Part shown: one piece after another, positions 13,509-25,689 of the stretch
Layout of the letters: each line of letters starts with the position of its first letter
Position numbering within the stretch: position 1 is the stretch's first letter
NCBI RefSeq assembly: GCF_006345805.1
Contig: NC_043015.1
Coordinates: 20,770,001-20,834,000 of the forward strand
DNA length: 64,000 bases
Source: Octopus sinensis
Lineage: Eukaryota
Direction of reading: 5' to 3'
Notes under the pieces: model-generated
Databases searched by the model: none
What the model saw: only the letters and a program-made list of their open reading frames with translations
Told to the model about the DNA's origin: nothing
Made by a program: the position numbers and the translations under genes

Positions 13509-13937
13509 CCAGGTTTTCTCCTGTTTGATATATTTTTTACATAATGTATTTTATCCGTCATGCTTCATAGCAGCAGCAGTGTTTCTGTATGTATAGGTGC
13601 ATAAACGTGCGTAAGGGTGTTTATATGTGTACGTAAATGTGTGTACTATAGCTTTTATTTCTACTCGTATTTTCTTTGTAGATTGTATTCTATATAGACT
13701 ATTGTAAATAACAATGTTGTAGTATGTGGTAGAAAGGTGGGAGGTGGGTGGATCGATCGATGTACCATGGGATGTATGGAGATGTTATTGACCATAATTT
13801 AGTTTCGGACATGCACCGCTGGTCCCCGTAAATTATAAAAAAAGCGAAGAAATCAAACTCAAAATAATAAAAAAGGAAAATCTATTTACCACAGTCATAA
13901 AGAAATACGCAAAAATGTAATACCAATATATATAATA

Positions 13938-13988
<51 letters not shown>

Positions 13989-14280
13989 TAGCATAATATA
14001 TATACATACACAAACCATACATAGATAAACAATATGTGTGTGTGTGTGTCTGTGTGAAAGATCCTAACAGAAGAAATTCCTAAGATCTTCAGAAAAAATA
14101 AAGTAAAATGTATCCGATCACAAAAATAATGGTTATATATATATATATATATATATATATACGTATATGTATTATATGCATACACCAAGATACACCAAAA
14201 GCTATTATGCATACTCATATGTATGATGTATTTGTATATATATTATATATTATATATATATAATATATATATATATATAC

Positions 14281-14565
14281 AATAAATAAGGGTATTTGAG
14301 AGATACCAACATGCCGAAATAGCTTTCGAGACCCCGACTCCAAAAACAAGTTGAATATGCCAGATGGGTACATAAGTACAAATATATATACAGAACACAC
14401 GTTATACTTACATATACGAACGTCCTTACATACATATATAAACACGTATGTACAAGACCAGTCATAATTGCCCACCAACAACCTCACAAGCGCGATATGG
14501 TCAAAAATAAACATGGCAGTGAATGTATTAACGAATTATATAAATTTATAAATAAGGATAATATC
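14281..14565 (-). mobile_element. Short repeat (probable PLE-derived / retrozyme-like family H1), internally deleted copy lacking the ribozyme
   Basis: Head (gagataccaacatgccgaaatagc...gactccaaaa) and tail align with 15515-15945 and, inverted, with 14571-14885. Strand is given relative to the HHR-encoding strand. Confidence 0.6.
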
Positions 14566-14570
14566 TATAT

Positions 14571-14885
14571 TTATGACTGGTCTTGTACATACGTGCATAT
14601 ATATGTATGTAAGGACGTTCGTATATGTAAGTATAACGTGTGTTCTGTATATATATTTGTATTTTTGTACCCATCTGGCATATTCAACTGAAGAAGGCAG
14701 AGCTTATTGGAAGCAAATTCAGAAATCCAGGATCTTGAATTATCCAGTAAAATCTATTTTGCTAGTTTATTTTGTCTCTCTGTCTTATCGCATGGTGCGA
14801 TATGAACATTTAAGGTGTTTTTTAGAGTCAGGGATTTGACTGCTATTTCGGTATGGTGGTGTCTCTTTGTAGGGTATCTATTCCC
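14571..14885 (+). mobile_element. Family H1 repeat carrying a hammerhead motif
   Basis: Reverse complement aligns with 15515-15740 (gactctaaaa..ttaaatgttcata..gcacca...agacaaaataaa.tagcaaaa). Contains the HHR at 14675-14747. PLE origin is inferred from the HHR type only. Confidence 0.65.
14675..14747 (+). ncRNA. Type I hammerhead ribozyme motif
   Basis: AUUCAA-CUGAAGA-[27 nt helix II region with GCUU/AAGC hairpin]-GAA-AUCC.A.GGAU-C^UUGAAU. Helix I is 6 bp perfect plus CUGG/CCAG beyond a 3x3 internal loop. Predicted cleavage after 14734 (AUC). Confidence 0.75.
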
Positions 14886-14953
14886 ATGCTGGTCACTAGA
14901 TAAGATCGATATTTAAATATCGATATTATCCTTATTTATAAATAGATATATAT

Positions 14954-15032
<79 letters not shown>

Positions 15033-15514
15033 GCATGCATGGTTGTGTGGTGAGAAGTGCTTTCTAACAATGTGGCCTTCATGTCAGTCCCACGTGCCCC
15101 TCTTCTACTATGGCTCAACCTGGCCAAGGTCACGTGAGCGGATGTGTTAGATGGAAACCAGCCGTATTTGTTATATATATATATATATATATAGATATAT
15201 ATATATATATATATACATATATATATTTGTGTGTATACATATATGTATGCATGTGTGTGTGTGGGTGTCCGAGTGAGTGTGTGTGTGCTTGTCTCCCATC
15301 AAAATTTGCCAACCAGTGTTTGTTTCTGCTTTCTTACGTGGCTTAGCTGTTCGGCTAAAGAAGATTGTTAAAAGGAGTACCATGCTTAAACTAATGAATA
15401 CCAGGATCGATTTATTCCGCGAAACACTTCAAGGAATGCCCCAGCATGGCCACAATCACATGAAACAAGTATGAGAATATATATATATATATATATATTA
15501 TTAAAATTATAATT

Positions 15515-15945
15515 AAGGGTATCTAAGAGATACCATCATGCTAGATATAGCAACAAAAACTTGACTCTAAAACCACATTAAATGTTCATACTGCACCAGG
15601 AGAGAAGACAAAGAGACAAAATAAAGTAGCAAAAAAACTATTGCATAATTCCAGATCCGGTTATCTGACTCTGCATAAGAAATTATTTGCCCTCATCAGT
15701 GGAATATACGCAAAATAGTACATAAATGGTACATAAATAAAAGTAGACACACGCACACACACACACATACACATATATAGATATATATACAACATACGAA
15801 TACTTACATATACGCACGTATACACATATATATGCACGTATGCACACGGCTAGTTTAAATTGCCCGCCTAATCTCCTCGTATGATATGGTCAATATACCA
15901 CCGCAATGAATATAATGACGAAGTAAATATATAAATTTATATAAT
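15515..15945 (-). mobile_element. Family H1 repeat, older diverged copy with hammerhead remnant
   Basis: Aligns along its length to 14281-14565 and, inverted, to 14571-14885. Confidence 0.6.
15641..15713 (-). ncRNA. Type I hammerhead motif, probably inactivated (GAAA to GAUA)
   Basis: Minus strand: UUGCGUA-U-AUUCCA-CUGAUGA-[27 nt]-GAU-AACCGGAU-C-UGGAAU-UAUGCAA. Confidence 0.6.
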
Positions 15946-15959
15946 TTATATATATATAT

Positions 15960-16315
15960 TCTCTTTTACTCTTTTACTTGTTTCAGTCGTTTGACTGAGG
16001 CCATGCTGGAGCACCGCCTTTGGGTAGTGGTGATTCTGTTTATATATTAAATTATTTATTTGATATTATGTGTGTGTGTGTTTGAGAGAGAGAGAGAGGG
16101 GGGGTGAGGGATTGTGGTATTTTGTTAAGTTTATAGTTTTTTGTTTTATCTGCTTTGATTTGAATACGATATGTTATTTTCTACCTATATTCCAAGAGAC
16201 GGCTTATTCTTTGGAAGCTTAGTACTTATTCTATCTTTCTTTTTTGCCGAACCGCTAAGTTACGGGGACGTAAACACACCACCATCGGTTGTCATGCGAT
16301 GTTGGGGGACAAACA
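15960..16315 (-). mobile_element. SINE family A 3' part, interrupted at 16021-16198 by non-SINE sequence
   Basis: 15960-16020 (ctcttttactcttttacttgtttcagtc...gcaccgcctt) and 16199-16315 (cttattctttggaagcttagtacttattc...gttgggggacaaaca) are contiguous in intact copies such as 29656-29992. Confidence 0.85.
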
Positions 16316-16884
16316 TTTATATATACATTTACATACAGAGAGCGAGAGAGAGGGAGAAAGAGAGAGGGGGAGAGAGAAAAAGAAGTAATGTAAAGATTAT
16401 CTTTATAAATCTATGAAATTTGGCCTGAAGTAAAATGGACTCTGAATCCCTCCTTGGGGCACTTTGGACTCAATATATCCAGAATTTTATGAGTGCATTA
16501 TCGTTGACGTTATCAAGCTGCCTGATTTCAGTGAATATACGAGTAGTATAAAGTTAGATTCAGTGAATAATATGGCATTTGCAGTAAGCTTCTCATTCAG
16601 AAACGGCTATCAGGTTGCATAGTAATCAACTACCGTGTAATATGATATAAGATATCCAGGAATATCCAGGAAATCTGAAAAATACATTTTTCTCTGTGTG
16701 TGTGTGCGTGCGTTTAAATTCATCTCACACGCACGCACACTATATGCATAAATACATACATACATACATACATACATCATACATACATACATACTACATA
16801 TATATATATATATATATATAATATTATATATAAATTATATATATGTATCTATCTATATGTTTATACACTATGTTATATGTAAAT

Positions 16885-16929
<45 letters not shown>

Positions 16930-17018
16930 ACATATTTATTATGTTATATATATATATATATATACCTATTTATTATGTATATACATATATATGTATAGAT
17001 TAGTATAGTATGTATATT

Positions 17019-17049
<31 letters not shown>

Positions 17050-17056
17050 GATTATG

Positions 17057-17100
<44 letters not shown>

Positions 17101-18756
17101 GATATATGTATATAGTATATGCATATATAGATGCATGTAAATATATATATGTATATATAGGTATATATATATATGTATGTATGTATGTATGCATGTGTCT
17201 ATCTATCTATCTAGCTATATATATATATAGATGTATATATATATATATATTATATTAATATATATATATATATATATACACATTGATGTGTTTAAAAATA
17301 TTACGAGATATGATACAACGATAATAATAATAATAATAACTGCATTGCTTGTCGATAACAGAAGAAAGAATCTCTTTCTGAATATATATTTTGCAATATA
17401 TTCATATCAAATATTAATAATAATAACAATAATGATAAAATAATATATTCAAACTAATGTCAATAAAAATAACACAAAAATTAGAAAGGAAAAGAAATAG
17501 ACGAAGAAGAAAGCCAACACCCGGACACGTACCAAACTAACAACAAATCAAGCAAAATAAACCTATACAATGTAATGCGGTTCTCTTATCAATAGACATT
17601 AGTTAAGAATATTTTTTTCAGATATTTAGCACGGTTGACTTCTCCAAGAATGATTACTGAAGAACACAGCCGATGTAGGTTCTCTTATGAACGCTTGCTT
17701 TTTTTATTTAATATTTTATTTATTCATATATTTATATATTCCTTGACTGTTTACTTTATTACATACATACATATGTGTCTGTGTACACACATACATACAT
17801 AAATGTACGTGTGTGTGTGAGTCGTTGTTTGGTTATTCTTATTACTTTAGCTGTTTGGGTAGTGGCGATTCTGTTAATTATTTATTTATTTATATATCAA
17901 ATTATTTATTTGATATTATGTGTGTGTGTGTGTTTGAGAGAGAGAGAGAAAGAGAGAGAGAGAGGTGTGGGATGGTGGTATTTTATTCATTTTATAGTTT
18001 TTTTTTGTTTTATCTGCTTTCATTTGAATACGATAAGTTATTTTCTACCTATATTCCAAGAGACGCTTATTCTTTGGAAGCTTAGTACTTATTCTATCTT
18101 CTTTTTGCCGAACCGCTAGTACGGGGACGTACCACAAAACACACCACCATCGGTTGTCATGCGATGTTGGGGGACAAACAGTTATATATACATTTACATA
18201 CAGAGAGCGAGAGGAGAGGGAGAAAGAGAGAGGGGGAGAGAGAAAAAGAAGTAATGTAAAGATTATCTTTATAAATCTATGAAATGTGGCCTGAGTAAAA
18301 TGGACTCTGAATCCCTCTTGGGGCACTTTGGACTAATATATCCAGAATTTTATGAGTGAATTATCGTTGACGTTATCAAGCTGCCTGATTTCAGTGAATA
18401 TACGAGTAGTATAAAGTTAGATTCAGTGAATAATATGGCATTTGCAGTAAGCTTCTCATTCAGAAACGGCTATCAGGTGCATAGTAATCAATACCGTGTA
18501 ATATGATATAAGATATCCAGGAATATCCAGGAAATCTGAAAAATACATTTTTCTCTGTTGTGTGTGCGTGCGTTAAATCATCTCACAACGCACGCACACT
18601 ATATGCATATATACATACATTACATACATACATACATACACACATACATACATAAATACATACATATATTATATATATATAATTATATATATATATCTAA
18701 ATATATAATGTATCTATATATATGTTTATACACATATGTAATGTAAATATATATAT

Positions 18757-18789
<33 letters not shown>

Positions 18790-19046
18790 TGTATACATAT
18801 TTATATATGTATATATATATATATCATATACATATTTATATATGTATATACATATATATGTATAGATATATGTATATATGTATAGTATATATATAATATA
18901 TATATATATGTATAGATATATGTATATATGTATATGCATATATAGATGCATGTAAATATATATATGTATATATAGGTATTATATATATGTATGTATGTAT
19001 GTATGCATGTGTCTATCTATCTATCTAGCTATATATATATATAGAT

Positions 19047-19099
<53 letters not shown>

Positions 19100-19885
19100 A
19101 TACACATTGATGTGTTTAAAAATATTACGAGATATGATACAACGATAATAATAATAATAATAACTGCATTGCTTGTCGATAACAGAAGAAAGAATCTCTT
19201 TCTGAATATAATATTGCAATATATTCATATAATAATATTAATAATAATAACAATAATGATAATAATAATAATATTCAAACTAATGTCAATAAAAATAACA
19301 CAAAAATTAGAAAGGAAAAGAAATAGACGAAGAAGAAAGCCAACACCCGGACACGTACCAAACTAACAACAAATCAAGCAAAATAAACCTATACAATGTA
19401 ATGCGGTTCTCTTATCAATAGACATTAGTTAAGAATATTTTTTTCAGATATTTAGCACGGTTGACTTCTCCAAGAATGATTACTGAAGAACACAGCCGAT
19501 GTTAGGTTCTCTTATGAACGCTTGCTTTTTTTATTTAATATTTTATTTATTCATATATTTATATATTCCTTGACTGTTTACTTTATTACATACATACATA
19601 TGTGTCTGTGTACACACATACATACATAAATGTACGTGTGTGTGTGAGTCGTTGTTTGGTTATTCTTATTACTTTAGCTGTTTGGGTAGTGGCGATTCTG
19701 TTAATTTATTTATTTATATATCAAATTATTTATTTGATATTATGTGTGTGTGTGTGTTTGAGAGAGAGAGAGAAAGAGAGAGAGAGAGGTGTGGGATGGT
19801 GGTATTTTTATTCATTTTATAGTTTTTTTGTTTTATCTGCTTTCATTTGAATACGATAAGTTATTTTCTACCTATATTCCAAGAG
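16019..19885. repeat. Tandem duplication, period about 1.83 kb, structure X-Y-X-Y-X
   Basis: tttgggtagtgg starts at 16019, 17854 and 19681. The two Y blocks are nearly identical and differ mostly by 1-bp indels. Confidence 0.95.
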
Positions 19886-22159
19886 TTGTTTCCACACTAA
19901 TATCGATAGCAATAATATTAAATAACAACAATAACAAACACATACATAAGTACTACTACAACTGCTATTAATAATAATGATGATAATGTTAATGATTGTA
20001 ATAATAGTAGTAGTAATGATAATGATAATAATATGATAAATATTAAGGTATCGAAATGAAACGAAACGAAACGATATGAAGGAGGAAAAAATTACACAAG
20101 GAAACATGAAAATAACATAAAAGCGAAACGAAAAAATAATTAAAAAGAAAATACAATATATGTGCGATGGAGTGTAACATTGTATTTAGAAGCAACTAAC
20201 AAAACCCTGCTTTGCCCAAACCATTCAATATCATGCATGTGTGTGTGCCTGCGCCTGCGTGTGTGTGTGTGCTTGTGTGTGTGCGTGCGTGTGTGTGTGT
20301 GTGTGTGTGTGCGTGCATACATATGTGTGTGTGTCTCTGTGTGTGTGTATTCAAACCTCTGCGAATGCATGAAAGACATACAAAGACATACGGATACTCG
20401 CACTCACACATAAATCCACAAAGAAACAAACACAGACTCACACACACACACACATACACACACACACATATATACATATCTATATATACACACGCAAACA
20501 CGTATGTCTGTGCGTGTATGTAAAATAATACGGAACCAAAAGAATTCGATGTAATGGAAAAGAAGAATGCATTAAAAAATACACTGTAACTTCACAAATT
20601 ACGACTCTTAATTCATTTTGATGATTTTCAAGTAACATAATCTCGTCACCAAATTTAAAAAGAAAGCAAGAAAAAAAAACAAGAATTATCAGTAAAAATT
20701 TTTATAAGATGCAGACATACAATTTTCCCGATATGTGCAATTTCCTTAATCCCGTTAATTTTTCTTGAAATTATTTGTCATTCAAAATCGTTATGCCACT
20801 GTGAAAAACTATTTACACTTCATAATCCATTTAAAACTCAATATTGGTTTCAAATACATTTGAATTATGCTTCAGTCACCATCAATAATATTTCCTGAAA
20901 TACGTGGTTGCAAAGCCGGCTCTATATCGACACTCCTATCTGCCCTGATATACTTTAAGGATAACAACGAACATCTCACAAACCATCGTTTTTATCTACA
21001 AGCTAACCGTTCATATAACTGCATCTTTTTTTTAACCGACAGTCAACTACTAATATGAGTATTTGACACATGCCAACAGCTTACATGATAGTAGTTGAAG
21101 GAAGACAACATCTCACATAATGGCAATTTTACCTAAAAGCCAACAGCTAAAACACTAAATCTTTACCAACATCCGATAGCTGATATACAAGAATTTTGTT
21201 ACCGACAGCTAATAAAATGTGCATTTTTACACACATCAACACCTTGTCATACCAATACTTGAAGTACCAGCCAACAGCTCACATATTAACACCTCTGAAC
21301 AGCCAACAGCTAAAATACTCGATTTACCAAAATCCGATTGCTCGTAAACTGGAATCTTTTTTTAAAAAACAGCTAACACAACTGCTTTCTGTAGGCATGT
21401 TAGCGGTTGGATGCTAGTAATAATGCGGATCTATAAGCTATTGGCCCATTGGTGAAATGCCAATGAGAGATCCATTAGCACATATATTGTCATCATTTCG
21501 TCCAATAGAAAAACAGCACCTCCATCACTACTTTTCTAACATCGAACAACTTGAATGTCTGCGTTCTAGGAATGTAAATGCATCGAAAACATTATTGGAA
21601 ACTCTAAACTAACGCTTGTATATGCATGCGAATGTACATACATGTAAGTGTATGCTTCTTTAATCTGTATATGCCTCCGTAGAAGTGAAAATAGTGATGA
21701 CTTGTTCGTTAGTCTCTGTGTATATGTAGGTGTATGCTTTCTTGTGAATGTGTGTGTGTTGTGTGTGCTTGTGTATCTACATATGTTTACATGTACAAGT
21801 GTGTAAATAAATGCGAGCATGTGTATACATATATGTAAATGTATGTGCGAATGTGTGTCAGGTCTAAACATCTATCAAACCCCTATTTTACTCTGTCTGA
21901 CTGAAACAAAATATCACCTTCAGCAATAACAACAACAACAAAAAACAACAAAAAAAAAGAAGACTGCAAATCTGTAACAATATTAAAAATCTTGAATCGG
22001 TCTAAATGAAGTATTAATGAAAACACACCTTGATACCTTTTATCAACGGTAATCTATTTGGGATTGGTGAGCAGAATTGATTATTTATTTAACCATTCTG
22101 TTATTATATGCTGACATTAGTTTCCATTATTATTATCATTATTATTATTATTATTAAGT

Positions 22160-22350
22160 CACAAAAAATGTGTTGCAACATTTGTTCCAGCTATTTACAT
22201 TTGGATTAAAAATCGCTCTGAGGTCACCTTTGCCTTCCATCAATCCGAGATTGATAAAATGATGGACCGGTCAAGTATTGAGATGGATGTTATCAATTAT
22301 CTTCCCGCCCTTGAACATTCCTAGTCTTGCACCTTAGTCAGTAACCATTA
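22160..22350 (+). mobile_element. SINE family C, degenerate
   Basis: gaggtcacctttgccttccatcaatccgagattgataaaat... followed by an ATT-like tail. Confidence 0.6.
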
Positions 22351-23330
22351 TTCTCATTATTAACTGTTTTGTGTTCAGGTGAGGTCAAACTGGATCTAAC
22401 AGTTCTAAGATGTTTTCTGTTCTAAGAGGTATCTAGGATTACACGATCTAATTCGTCGATTTCATTCTTTAACGCAATGGGCTTTGATTTGAGGGACATT
22501 TAGCATATATCTCTAGCAGATCAGAGAACGTTATTAGGTATTCAATTACATCTTTTTATATCTTAAATTTAGATTCTAAGAAGGTTGGTTTCATTTTACT
22601 GAGAAAAGATACCTGCCTGTAATATGCAATCTTTGGGGCATATGTATATTAAAATAGAAAAACTGCATCTTTTATTCGAAAATCATAATGAATGATTCAC
22701 TGATGTTTTCTACAAACTTCCTAATAATAATAAAGCATTGTAATGTAGTGCGATTTTGTCTAAATTTAAATTTTTACTTCCTTTTACTCATAGAATAATA
22801 CTGTTGAAAAGTATAGAGTGGAAGAACAAACCTTGACTGTTAAAACGAAGTTCGATCGTAGTGTCTTAATAAACAGTATGTGAAGAATTAACTTTGACCT
22901 CTCTGTCTATAGGTTCTCAGCCGACAATCTCTCAGTGTCTGTGCTATACGGAATTTCGGATAAATATTTCTGACTTTGTGGCAAAGTCGTCATTCATGGC
23001 TGATGAGAAACAATATCTGGGCTGCTCTGCTCCTGTTTAAAGTTTAAAGTATTCTTCTTTGGAGGAAGTTAAAAATAACCAGCTACATGATCTATTCAAT
23101 TCTCTCCTTACACCTAGATTTTCTTAATTTCCTCCTAGATAGAATTAACGCAGTTTTAAATTGGTGAGTGAAATACGCTCGAAATGAGAAAGGCGGCATA
23201 TATGTCAAGATCTGGAGAAGGATATTATACATCGAATAAATGTTTAGTAGACAGAATGAAAATGATTGAGCGTATTTGATTGGACACTGGTGATTTGGCC
23301 CGGTTGACCGGTCATTGAACCTTTTCTGAC

Positions 23331-23642
23331 TGTTGTAATTTTTGATACCGGAGGCAAAGACGTATACTCGCACACAAGTGCAGAAATATACACATCTGTT
23401 TAGAGAAAATGGGAGACATTACAATTTATTTATTGAACACAATGGACATAAACACTTTCCACATTCTTATACAAAGAAATAAACTCACAAACGATCTGAG
23501 AGAGAGAAAAGGCCACGGGAGGAGAGAGAAGCAATAAAACGTCTGATGTCAAATAAGTCCGTATCCAATCATCAACGCTAAACAGGCAGCGGATCCGTAG
23601 TTGCGCCAAAACTTCTCATTCCCTTCTAATGCGAATCCTACA
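23331..23642 (-). mobile_element. Possible solo LTR
   Basis: About 310 bp running TG...CA (minus strand tgtagga...ttacaaca) with AATAAA about 100 nt before the 3' end. No TSD found and no second copy in the window. Confidence 0.25.
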
Positions 23643-23665
23643 GTAAGCTATCTGTGGTCCTCATA

Positions 23666-24513
23666 TGACTGGAGATCCCGCAAAAGAAACGCAATTTTTT
23701 CAAATGTTATTTTATATGGTAAATTCTGAAATTTTATTTCGGGGATGTAAGAGGAAATATTCCAAGACGCGCTGAGTTATGGCTGAAACCCAAATTGCAG
23801 GTAACCTTTCAACTTTCCCTGAAACGGGCCCCAAAACGTAGCTGCGTTGAATGCCGTGGGTGGCAGTCGCAAACAACTGTCATGAAAATCGAAATGCACG
23901 TGCATCTCGAGGACGTTATGGGTATAAAAAAACAATTTGAACCGCGTTCCTGGCTTTCGTAATTTGGACGCATCAGGTATGACTCAGTTGTCAGCAGCAC
24001 AGAGAGAACAAGCTATCGGCTGATCGCAAGCTGGGCAGCGTGCACAGGTTGTTGCGAAAGCTTACATGTCAACACCATCTATCGCCTGAAATAGCGATAC
24101 AACAACACCAACAACACGCTGATGGTGACCCCGAGTGACCACACCCAAGTAGGAACGCTTCATCGAACTGCAACGCCTCTGTGATCGCTTCAGACCGACC
24201 AGCGTGACAGCTCACAAGACCATTGGCACTGGACTGCGACGACACGGTACGACGTCGACTGGCCGCCAACAACCTGCGTTTCCACCCCGGATACAGTGAG
24301 GGTGTGGCGTAGGAGGGGTGAAGCTACAGAGGGACACGTGGGTAGCCAAATCACCATGGTTTGGGGTGCTCCTACTACCATAACACACGACTGTTGTGAA
24401 AGTGCATCCAAGAAATTAACTTAATCAGATATATAAAAATTTATCTCTGACATAATGAAATTAAAACTTATTTCATAGTCACACACGTCTCGTATTTCTT
24501 TTGGGGTTCAATG
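23666..24513 (+). mobile_element. Internally deleted Tc1/mariner DNA transposon with transposase pseudogene (ATG at 23979)
   Basis: Across stops and frameshifts it reads MTQLSAAQREQAIG*SQAGQRAQVVAKA..HVNTIYRLK*RYNNTNN..RVTTPK*ERFIELQRLCDRFR..TVRRRLAANNLR, a Tc1-type paired-like HTH region. Imperfect terminal inverted repeats (cccgcaaaagaaacg / cgtatttcttttgggg) near TA dinucleotides. The DDE domain is largely absent. Confidence 0.8.
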
Positions 24514-25497
24514 TAAATCATTTGTAAGCAGAAATCTGCAATAGCGGGATTAAAGGACTTGGTTTATATCGGTAAAGTGGTCGGCGATATTTGTGGGATG
24601 GAAACAAAGCTGAAAATATTTTCTCCTTTTGATGTTTTAATTTTCTGTCTTTATTTCGCTAAAATGTTCATATATATGTACATATGTATAAATACATAAT
24701 CTCATATGAACACACACTACAAAGTAATATTTCTCTCTCTCTCTCTCTCTCTCTCATACACACACATACATATATATATATATCAGTACGCCTATGCCAC
24801 AACTACTTGTATGTGCGTATCTGTTAAGCTTTGTATCTATTTCTATAAACATATGTAAATAAACGTTAATGTATGTATCTATGTGTTTGTGTTTATATAT
24901 ATATATATATATATAATATATATATATTATATATATATATATTATATATATATATTATATATATGCAAGCGTGTATGTGTAGAAGAGATTTAGTCAGCTT
25001 ATTCAGCACGCGAGGTAAAAAGGTGACGTGTTTGTTCGTTTGTAGATCACAAGACGTACGAAAATCGCGGATTAAAATAAATATTTTTGTTGCGATTATG
25101 CGTCAGACAATACATTTGTATAGACAATTTTCATTAACCCCCACCCTTTTTTGAATACAACCAACCAAACCCACACAATTAGAAAGCATCAACAAACGTC
25201 AGCATATACACGTAAAGATATTTACACACACATACACATACGTGTGTTTGTATACCAACTCATATCTGTACTATTATTATTAAATGTTTATAAACACACC
25301 AACACAAACAGAGTCTCAAGTAACAATGAGTAAATCTTTGAGAACTATTTTTTTTTCTCTAAACAATTTTACATTTAAGCTTGATTAATAATACATAAGT
25401 ATATTTATGAAAGCTGTGAAATGACATAAAGGTTACCATGACATACTTTATCTCTTACACAACTTATTGTATATTGCTGGCTTATCAGCACGCAAAG

Positions 25498-25620
25498 ATG
25501 CGGCGACTTGGCAGATATGTCAAAGCGTCTGACAGAATACCTTTTATTTTGGAGTTCTGCTTCTTGAGTTCAAATCCCATTACGGTGAAATTCATCGTTT
25601 TTATGGTTAATATATAAATT
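25498..25620 (+). mobile_element. SINE family C head, degenerate
   Basis: gcggcgacttggcagat...cttgagttcaaatccc (A/B-box-like). Confidence 0.5.
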
Positions 25621-25689
25621 ATGAAAGCAGGGCCATAGTTTGGAGGAAGCTTTAGCGCGATGGTTTCCGTATAGACACGTTTTATTTGA

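Noticed and set aside
23000-23011. CUGAUGAGAAAC as a hammerhead core
   Set aside because: No room for helix II and no complementary helix I flanks.
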